Shown piece after piece: positions 57,709 through 64,000 of a stretch of DNA of 64,000 nt. Below the pieces are notes generated by a model that saw nothing but the letters and a program-made list of their open reading frames with translations, had not been told where the DNA came from and searched no databases. The stretch's first letter is position 1. Every line of letters begins with the position of its first letter. The DNA is from an uncultured Bacteroides sp. (lineage in GTDB: Bacteria > Bacteroidota > Bacteroidia > Bacteroidales > Muribaculaceae): NCBI GenBank assembly GCA_964489495.1, contig CAZAZA010000003.1:1660-65659 (forward strand), given 5' to 3'. Position numbers and translations under genes: made by a program.

Positions 57709-57960
57709 TTATTTGCCGTGATAGTTTGTAATTTCAATGACTTCGACACCTTTAATTTCCAACCAGATATATCTACCGGAGGAATCGGTTGGAATTGGGT
57801 CTTCGTGTGGTTCGAATATCAAGCGGTAAGGATGGTCAAGATCACAAGCAGATAATCTTTTGAGAAATAGTTTAGTTCTCAGTGCGCCAAGTTCTCTTGT
57901 CAATTTGGAAGGATTGTCCAGTAATTTTTCGAGTTTTTTATTTTGGAACGAAATATTCAC
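57709..57960 (-). CDS. higB: HigB/killer-protein-family toxin, short form (possibly internally deleted)
   Basis: 83 aa with a GTG start. MNISFQNKKLEKL... and ...DLDHPYRLIFEP....IEITNYHGK match the two ends of HigB-like toxins. The middle segment seems to be missing. Confidence 0.6.
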   Translation of the reverse strand: MNISFQNKKLEKLLDNPSKLTRELGALRTKLFLKRLSACDLDHPYRLIFEPHEDPIPTDSSGRYIWLEIKGVEVIEITNYHGK

Positions 57961-57980
57961 TCTTTTGGTTTAATTAGCTC

Positions 57981-58046
57981 ACACAAACTGTAAGTTATTT
58001 CATTTGCAAAGATAATATATAATTTTTAATTACACAAACTGTAAGT
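57981..58046 (-). promoter_or_regulatory. higBA promoter region: -7 box TATCTTTG (58007-58014, minus) flanked by two 15-nt direct repeats acacaaactgtaagt (57981-57995, 58032-58046)
   Basis: Read directly. The repeats are 51 bp apart and straddle the -7 box. This is a candidate operator for HigA autoregulation. Confidence 0.5.
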
Positions 58047-58103
58047 GTTTATGAATGCAATATGTGCGACATGGCAGGATATAGGAAATCATTTATCCGT
58101 GTT

Positions 58104-58197
58104 CCCCACCACATTTTTTGTAGGGGCGTACGGTCGTGCGCCCTGTCCGAGCGGCATGCCACGACCGGGGTGAATATGGTGGTAAATGATTGGGAAT
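58104..58197 (+). repeat. 94-nt repeat, right copy (contains a REP-like GTAG-hairpin at 58120-58143)
   Basis: See the left copy at 56662-56755. Confidence 0.9.
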
Positions 58198-58212
58198 TAC
58201 TTTATTTGCTCC

Positions 58213-58236
58213 GGCCGTGGCGTGCCACGACCCTAC
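58213..58236 (-). repeat. REP-like element in inverted orientation
   Basis: The plus strand reads ggccgtggc gt gccacgacc ctac. On the minus strand this is GTAG then a palindrome with one G-T position. Confidence 0.6.
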
Positions 58237-58296
58237 AATTTTCGCCACAATTATCGGGTCGGTTGGTGCAGCCGGGGCAAACGCAATCCGCAAAAT

Positions 58297-58321
58297 GTAG
58301 GGCTGTACGGCCCGTGCAGCC
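58297..58321 (+). repeat. REP-like element: GTAG plus ggctgtac ggccc gtgcagcc
   Basis: Same architecture as 58120-58143 (gtag gggcgtac ggtc gtgcgccc), with compensatory stem changes. Confidence 0.6.
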
Positions 58322-58358
58322 GTCAAACGCAATCGGCAAAGATTTGTGGCTTCCGGCG

Positions 58359-59330
58359 TCAGATATAGCTCAGCCTTCTTCCGCTTGCTTCCCACTCCTT
58401 CCAGTAGGTGTTGTCAAGCCTCTGTAGATAAGGGAATTGATCGTACCATACGCCCGGTTCGTTACCACCAAAGAAATAATATCCGTTCTGTTCAAACTTT
58501 TCCGGCGATTCGAACTTGGCTGCCGATGCTGCAAGGAATTCATTTTTCGTCACTTCTACGTAACCCGCGTCCGACTTCACGTAGTAAGTGTTATCATAGA
58601 GGACGCTCCAGTGTGGTGCCACGGCGGCAAGCACCGTGAACTGAACCACATCATCATATTGGGTATTGGTCTCCTTGTCGTAGAGGAACGAGGCGCTTAT
58701 CGCCATGAGGTTCTCGCCATACTCCTTGAACGCATTTTCATACACGCCCGGAAGATTGGTGCGGATCCAGCTGTTATTCTCTTCTGACAAATAACTCTGA
58801 GGTTCATTCTTGCGATAGCGGACAAAGTCTGTTTCAAAGCCTTCGGCGCACCAGTCGGCTGTAGCATCCTCCTTGTATCTCGGGATGTAGACGTAAGGAT
58901 AGGAGAGTATCTTTTGTATCTCCGCCGGATCTGTGATGCTGTTCCCATTTTCGTCGATACAAATTTGATCGAGATACACCACACTGTTGAACGGATACAG
59001 CTGCTCATCTCCACGTGGGTCGTATGCCGCTTGATTCAATTCGTAATAGAACACCGACATGCTGAAATATCGTTCGGTGGCGTTGGTGTGTAATCTGACA
59101 GTACGAACCGGATAACGGACATGGTTGGATGAAAACCATATCTGTGCTACATATGAGATTTTGTCTTTATCCGGACCCATGTAACCTATTTCGAGTTCAA
59201 ACAGCCGATGGGAGAGCCATTCGTCGCTTATTGATGCAGACGGTTCATCCTCCTGCGAAGAGCAAGACCCTGAGGCCATGGCAAGCAGGGCAAATAGACC
59301 AATCGCTACTATGTGAATAAAAAGTTTCAT
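58359..59330 (-). CDS. Hypothetical lipoprotein
   Basis: 323 aa. Lipoprotein signal MKLFIHIVAIGLFALLAMASGSC. No recognisable motif. Starts 24 nt downstream of the preceding lipoprotein gene. Confidence 0.6.
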   Translation of the reverse strand: MKLFIHIVAIGLFALLAMASGSCSSQEDEPSASISDEWLSHRLFELEIGYMGPDKDKISYVAQIWFSSNHVRYPVRTVRLHTNATERYFSMSVFYYELNQAAYDPRGDEQLYPFNSVVYLDQICIDENGNSITDPAEIQKILSYPYVYIPRYKEDATADWCAEGFETDFVRYRKNEPQSYLSEENNSWIRTNLPGVYENAFKEYGENLMAISASFLYDKETNTQYDDVVQFTVLAAVAPHWSVLYDNTYYVKSDAGYVEVTKNEFLAASAAKFESPEKFEQNGYYFFGGNEPGVWYDQFPYLQRLDNTYWKEWEASGRRLSYI

Positions 59331-59353
59331 TTTAATGTGTTAAAGGGCGATTG

Positions 59354-61039
59354 TTATTCTATTATTGAATCCTCCCTGGTTCCCTTTCGTGGGGCGATTT
59401 TTTTTCTAAATTGAACCTCTCCCGTTGTAGCATTTATCGTTATTGTGACAGTGGCTCCGGTCGCATCGTTTGACTCAGGATAAACTTCCAGAGTATATGT
59501 GCCAGGCCCTGAGAAGCTAACCGCCTTATAAAAGCAGTTGGGCTCCAAAAACATGGCATCTCCGGGATACATCACGTCACTTATTGTCACACCAGGGTCA
59601 TTATAAGTCCAGACCCCATGTGCTTCCTCAGCACCCTCGTATCTAACTCTTAAGGTGTGTTCATACCCGGATTGGCCATATTGGAATGTGGATACCTCGG
59701 CGATTCTAAGATTGTTCCAAACCTCTACATCAACTGAAGGCACATTGAACATGGTGCCGTTCATTGTGAATGTTGCTGAAACACTGAAATTGTTAGATGC
59801 CCTAACCCTTATGCCTCCCTGATTTAGTTGGCCAATAATTTGAGCTGCACTCGTCGTTGTCATTGATGCAGATCCTGCGGAACTTCCACCTGTAACAGAA
59901 TAATCTGCTTCCACGTATTGTCCTTTTCTTTCCAGACTTGTAGGTCCGGATATTTTGAGATTTGATTTATAATATCTCACATCGTGCGAATCATAGGGGC
60001 AGTCTGAAATCATGTGTCTCATTAGACACCAAGCCCCCCACTTCGATACAACCCATCCGGTATTAGCATACACAACGCCCGAATGTGCCGCTCCGGTATT
60101 GTCATAATATACAATCTTTCGGCCCGGTGCAGTGTTCGTCCGAGTGTAGCTGCCATCTTCAACTGGCGGAAGTCTCAGAGTTCCCATTGCAGAAACGCCA
60201 TCGGGATTTAACCATATTTTTTTAGAGTTTCCCTCCCTCATGTACCAAGCATAGGCATGGCAATTATAGGTTGTTGTAGCCTCTCCAAGAATAATAGCTC
60301 TCGGATATGTTGATACAATATGATTTCTTATATCGTTCTTATCCTTTTCGCTTAATTCCAAAAGAGAAGCGATACGCCAAGACGAACCGAGAGGTGTATA
60401 GGCCGTAGAAGTGCTTGCTTTGACCACGTTATCTGAGCTTGAATGCATGCGTTCAGAAAACAATCCGTTGGCGGCGAGTATATTGATTGCGGCCTCAGCC
60501 ACCGACGAAGCATTCGCTGAGAGGTTCATTCTTATGGACTCTTTCTGTAAAAGTCCGATGGCTACTTCTGTTGCCAGATCGAGACGTGAGGTGGATTTAT
60601 CCGCGTTTGCCAGTTTTACTGACTGACTTTTGCGTTCGAGATACTTTGATAGCACCTCTGCATTGTCATCGCGACGCATAAATTCCTGAAAACCGTTGAA
60701 TCGGCTACACATCTTATCAAGTCCTTCCTCAAAACTGTTAAAGAGGAATGCGTCGACGAGCAACGGATAATCCATACAAACATCGAGCAGATCTTCAGTG
60801 CTAAGATTCTTAAGGATGTCATCAGGGAGCTGTGTGACACGCAGCTTTTCATCATGAGTCTTAAGTTCAAGCCACTCATCGCTCCCTGGTCGCACAGGGT
60901 AGTCATATGCAGGTAGCGAAGATCTTGACTGCATGGTTTCGATTGGCTCTGCAACCTGAATGAGAGCCTCCTGTTCGCTGCAGGCATCCAGCAATAGGAA
61001 TCCGATTAAAGCGAACAAGAAAAGGATAGTTTTATTCAT
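59354..61039 (-). CDS. Hypothetical lipoprotein with a possible papain/transglutaminase-like thiol-hydrolase core and beta-rich C-terminal domains
   Basis: 561 aa. Lipobox LLLDAC. Central TTYNCHAYAWY ... AAHSGVVY ... SKWGAWCLMRHM pattern (Cys then His). The functional assignment is inference only. Confidence 0.55.
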   Translation of the reverse strand: MNKTILFLFALIGFLLLDACSEQEALIQVAEPIETMQSRSSLPAYDYPVRPGSDEWLELKTHDEKLRVTQLPDDILKNLSTEDLLDVCMDYPLLVDAFLFNSFEEGLDKMCSRFNGFQEFMRRDDNAEVLSKYLERKSQSVKLANADKSTSRLDLATEVAIGLLQKESIRMNLSANASSVAEAAINILAANGLFSERMHSSSDNVVKASTSTAYTPLGSSWRIASLLELSEKDKNDIRNHIVSTYPRAIILGEATTTYNCHAYAWYMREGNSKKIWLNPDGVSAMGTLRLPPVEDGSYTRTNTAPGRKIVYYDNTGAAHSGVVYANTGWVVSKWGAWCLMRHMISDCPYDSHDVRYYKSNLKISGPTSLERKGQYVEADYSVTGGSSAGSASMTTTSAAQIIGQLNQGGIRVRASNNFSVSATFTMNGTMFNVPSVDVEVWNNLRIAEVSTFQYGQSGYEHTLRVRYEGAEEAHGVWTYNDPGVTISDVMYPGDAMFLEPNCFYKAVSFSGPGTYTLEVYPESNDATGATVTITINATTGEVQFRKKIAPRKGTREDSIIE

Positions 61040-61067
61040 AGCTTACATTTAATTGGTTTATATGTCG

Positions 61068-61075
61068 CAAATGTA
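61068..61075 (-). promoter_or_regulatory. -7 box TACATTTG (minus strand) for the two-lipoprotein operon
   Basis: The reverse complement of caaatgta, about 28 nt upstream of the ATG at 61039. Confidence 0.5.
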
Positions 61076-61274
61076 ATATTTATTTTTTCTTATAAACAAG
61101 TCTTATAATATGAAATATTGTTAAATATTACATTCGCGGTTTTTGATTCAGAATAATATAGGGTTATCAAGTCTGCAATCTGATGATATTGTCCTTATTA
61201 CTTTTATAAATGTACTCACAAAGTAATGGGACATTTAGCCAAGTAGGGATGAACCGTCGGCTAAGCATATAAAA

Positions 61275-61298
61275 AAGGGGCTGTTCATACAGCCCCTT
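61275..61298 (-). terminator. Intrinsic terminator after susD-like gene
   Basis: aaggggctgt tcat acagcccctt. On the minus strand the hairpin is followed by a T-tract (the complement of aaaaaa at 61271-61276). Confidence 0.75.
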
Positions 61299-61328
61299 AT
61301 AACTAAAATGAAAAAATATCAATAATAT

Positions 61329-63143
61329 TTATTCTTCATCATCCACCTCATAGCCTGGGTTCTGCTTGATTGTCGGATCTGAGCCGATAAGCTGTTGGTC
61401 TATAGGCCAGAGAAGCTTGTAGGCTTCTGTAGTGCTGAGTACCGGGTCAACAGTTCTTACAGCCTGTCCGTTCTGCTCTTTGAGCCATTGGTTTTCAACA
61501 GGATTCAAGCCGAAGCCAACACAGCCTTCGGGCTGGAATGCGAGGTGGTCGGTCTGTTCTCCATCCTTCTTCACGGTCATGCGACGGAGGTCCCACCAGC
61601 GCTGTCCTTCCATGATGAACTCCTTGTTCTTCTCCATCAGGATGGCAGCCTCGTTTTCGCGGAATGAACCGGCTTTGTAGCCAAGAGTGGCCTCATCCCA
61701 ACGTGAGCCGTAAGCTCTCTTGCGAATCAGGTTGATATACTTCTCTACACCAGGATTATCACCCTCGTAGTTGGCGATTTCGGCAAGATATGTATAGACG
61801 AGTGCGAGACGGTAGATGGTTGCGTCGTTATTCCATACATAGTTCGAGCTCCATGTCGGAACAATCGACGGACGATACTTAAGTACGAAAGATCCCATCA
61901 AGTCATGAGCCTTCTCATCGAAGTTCGCTATATAAGTGAGCGCTTCTTCGTCTTTCCTGACTTTCCACTGCGGGAAGAACATGTCGCGGCGACCGTCCTG
62001 CTCGTCGAACTGGAAGTAGAGAGCGTTCTTGTACATATAGCGGTTGGGGCTCGGTGTGAAGGCCGACCAGCATGTGTACTGGGCTTGCTTAGCTGTGGGG
62101 CTGTCGGTGAAATATCCGAAGCGGCTTACGGCGCCGTCGGTGCGGAGGCCCAATCCGAGAGCGTCCTGCTTCGACCATGCCACGGTGCCCGCACCGGCTG
62201 CTTTCGACCATACCATCTGGCCCTGGATGCCGCTGAACTGCTGGCTATCCTCTTCGCTTGAATAGCATATCGAGTAGATTACTTCCTTGTTACGCGGCTC
62301 TGTCCAGATGTCGAAATAGTTGTCCATCAGTCCATAGCCGTAGTTGTTCATCACGTTCTCGAAGTATCCTTTGGCTGTAGCCACTTCGCTGGCGCCTCCG
62401 GCCTTATGATCGTCGGTCGACACTTTTGCGCTCCAGAGGTAAACCTCGCCGGCAAGCATCTCGGTGCATGCCTTGCTCCAGTAGTACTGCTTGTGGGAAT
62501 TGAGCTGGTATGTCGACTCGTTGAAATAATTGAGCGATTTGGTGATGTCATCCTTGATAAACGTCAGAGTTTCTTCGGCCGTCGAGCGAGGCATGCGGAG
62601 CACGTCTGGATTAGTTTCTCCGAGCACTACGTCGGGTTTGTCGCGTAAGGGCACTCCGCCATACATCTTGTACATCTGGAAATATACATATGCACGCCAT
62701 CCGTGAGCGATACCAAGAAGGCCGTTCTTGACATTGTCGGAGAGCACTTCGGGGCTTACGCGGTCGCACTCATAGATAAGCTCGTTCAAGACAGCTATAA
62801 ATCCGGGATAGTTGCCGAAGTTTGAGAACTGGGTGTGTGAGAAATCGTAGTTGTTATTGATGTACTCCTGGTTGAGCGCGCCTGAACCATTGATGAGGTC
62901 GATGGTCAGCGTGCCGGAGCGAAGCTCGCCTGCCCAGAAGAGGATATCGCCCGGGTAGTTGGCGCGGAACATCGACGACATAGCGTAGATGTTGGTGGTG
63001 AATTCAGCTTCCGAGCTCCAGAACGAACCCATGCCGGGGTAATCAATCGGTTTAAGGTCAAGCTCATCGTTGCATGAAGCGGTGCCGAGGAGCATTCCTG
63101 CAGCCGATGCCGCTATCATGATATTTGAAAATATCTTGTTCAT
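61329..63143 (-). CDS. susD: SusD/RagB-family nutrient-binding outer-membrane lipoprotein
   Basis: 604 aa. Lipoprotein signal ..LLGTASC. Located immediately downstream (21 nt) of a SusC-type gene. Size and helix-rich TPR-like composition are typical of the family. Confidence 0.85.
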   Translation of the reverse strand: MNKIFSNIMIAASAAGMLLGTASCNDELDLKPIDYPGMGSFWSSEAEFTTNIYAMSSMFRANYPGDILFWAGELRSGTLTIDLINGSGALNQEYINNNYDFSHTQFSNFGNYPGFIAVLNELIYECDRVSPEVLSDNVKNGLLGIAHGWRAYVYFQMYKMYGGVPLRDKPDVVLGETNPDVLRMPRSTAEETLTFIKDDITKSLNYFNESTYQLNSHKQYYWSKACTEMLAGEVYLWSAKVSTDDHKAGGASEVATAKGYFENVMNNYGYGLMDNYFDIWTEPRNKEVIYSICYSSEEDSQQFSGIQGQMVWSKAAGAGTVAWSKQDALGLGLRTDGAVSRFGYFTDSPTAKQAQYTCWSAFTPSPNRYMYKNALYFQFDEQDGRRDMFFPQWKVRKDEEALTYIANFDEKAHDLMGSFVLKYRPSIVPTWSSNYVWNNDATIYRLALVYTYLAEIANYEGDNPGVEKYINLIRKRAYGSRWDEATLGYKAGSFRENEAAILMEKNKEFIMEGQRWWDLRRMTVKKDGEQTDHLAFQPEGCVGFGLNPVENQWLKEQNGQAVRTVDPVLSTTEAYKLLWPIDQQLIGSDPTIKQNPGYEVDDEE

Positions 63144-63164
63144 GAGATTGTCTTGTTAAAATAA

Positions 63165-64000
63165 TTAGAATGTCACATTGAGCCCGAAGATCACCGAACG
63201 CGGGAGGTTGTATGTACCACCGTTACCGGCTGTGTTGCCTGACCAGTAGGTCGTGTTGTCGGGCAGAGGTATCGTGCAGCTCTTGATGTAGCCGAGGTTC
63301 TGGCCTGTTACAGAGAGGCTGAGGCCCTGGCATGCAAACTTCTTGCAGATGTCGGTCGGCAGCTGGTAGCTGAGCTGGAGCTCGCGGCAAGCCAGATAAT
63401 TGCCGTTCTGTGCGAAGAAGTCGTTGGTACGTACGTAGCTGTCCGAGCCGTACTGGTCGGCCCATACGACGCGCGGGTATTTTGCACCGGGGTTATCAGG
63501 AGTCCAGGTGTCCTTCACCTGTTTCGGGAATGCCATGGCGCCCTGTCCTTCGGCAAGCCAGAACGAAAGGTTCGAGTCGTAGACCTGGAAGCCGAAGCCC
63601 ATGTCGAAGCGAGCATAGAGGGTCAGGCCTTTCCAGCTGAGGGTTGTGTTGAAGCCGCCGGTCCAGTGCGGATCGCGGTGGCCGATGATCTTGCGGTCAT
63701 AAGCGTCGATAGTGTTGTCGCCGTTCATATCCTCATAAACGAAGCTACCGGGCTGCAGACGAATCATGTTGCTGCTTGAAACACCCATTGCGATAAGGCG
63801 CTGGCGGCCGGCTTCGGTCGCATATACCTTCTGGCCGTTGACAATGTCGATGTAGTCGCCGAGGGCGTCGATGTCGGCCTGGCTGCGAACCATGTGCGAT
63901 ACGCCGTAGCCCACTTCCTGGAACGGGTTCTGGCCTTCCTGATAGCCGCCGATGAAGTGTGTCTCTGTGCCGTTGCCGGTGTAAACTTCGACACCTGTGC
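63165..64000 (-). CDS. susC: SusC/RagA-family TonB-dependent outer-membrane transporter, C-terminal part (gene continues beyond the window)
   Basis: The frame of ORF 63165..63914 stays open to base 63998 (..TGVEVYTGNGTETHFIGGYQEGQNPFQEVGYGV..). It has beta-barrel-like alternating sequence ending in ..VIFGLNVTF with a terminal Phe. Confidence 0.85.
   Translation of the reverse strand, partial: TGVEVYTGNGTETHFIGGYQEGQNPFQEVGYGVSHMVRSQADIDALGDYIDIVNGQKVYATEAGRQRLIAMGVSSSNMIRLQPGSFVYEDMNGDNTIDAYDRKIIGHRDPHWTGGFNTTLSWKGLTLYARFDMGFGFQVYDSNLSFWLAEGQGAMAFPKQVKDTWTPDNPGAKYPRVVWADQYGSDSYVRTNDFFAQNGNYLACRELQLSYQLPTDICKKFACQGLSLSVTGQNLGYIKSCTIPLPDNTTYWSGNTAGNGGTYNLPRSVIFGLNVTF

Noticed and set aside
61241-61262. 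gtagggatgaaccgtcggc in the susD-lipoprotein spacer as a further REP-like element.
   Set aside because: GTAG is present, but no palindrome of comparable length follows. There is only a 6-bp ttagcc/ggctaa stem around it.

Overview
The window is a 64-kb chromosomal segment. Four things point to a Bacteroidales (Bacteroidota) genome: recurrent TAnnTTTG -7 promoter boxes (mostly TAACTTTG), several proteins with T9SS C-terminal sorting domains, a SusC/SusD pair, and the Bacteroidota-type dcw gene order. The taxon is an inference; I could not run a search. Most of the window is housekeeping. On the plus strand: nadA, leuS, korAB-like 2-oxoacid:ferredoxin oxidoreductase, mutS, queG, panB. On the minus strand: a complete dcw operon at 16.7-32.7 kb (rsmH-ftsL-ftsI-murE-mraY-murD-ftsW-murG-murC-ftsQ-ftsA-ftsZ), plus purD and pdxB. 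Carbohydrate and secretion genes include a GH110-like alpha-galactosidase, a GH29 fucosidase, an MFS sugar permease with a PfkB kinase, a C10 thiol peptidase, and an M60-like partial protein. I found no rRNA, tRNA, CRISPR array, transposase or integrase. The most unusual feature is a perfect 740-bp tandem duplication inside the dcw operon. It straddles the ftsL/ftsI boundary and creates an in-frame, translationally coupled chimeric ORF (FtsI N-terminus fused to FtsL C-terminus) between intact ftsL and intact ftsI. Two small accessory islands carry eroded toxin-antitoxin modules. At 43.1-43.9 kb there is an mntA with only a hepT remnant. At 56.6-58.4 kb there is a higBA-like pair whose toxin looks internally deleted. 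Both islands are embedded in a family of REP-like elements (GTAG followed by a GG..CC palindrome). One element forms part of 94-nt direct repeats that bracket the higBA cassette. Other points of interest: a 56-bp perfect palindrome flanked by 16-nt direct repeats, a 628-bp AT-rich non-coding region upstream of nadA with repeated motifs, and a separately promoted pair of unknown lipoproteins next to the SusC/D genes. All calls rest on reading the sequence and the supplied translations. No database search was run.
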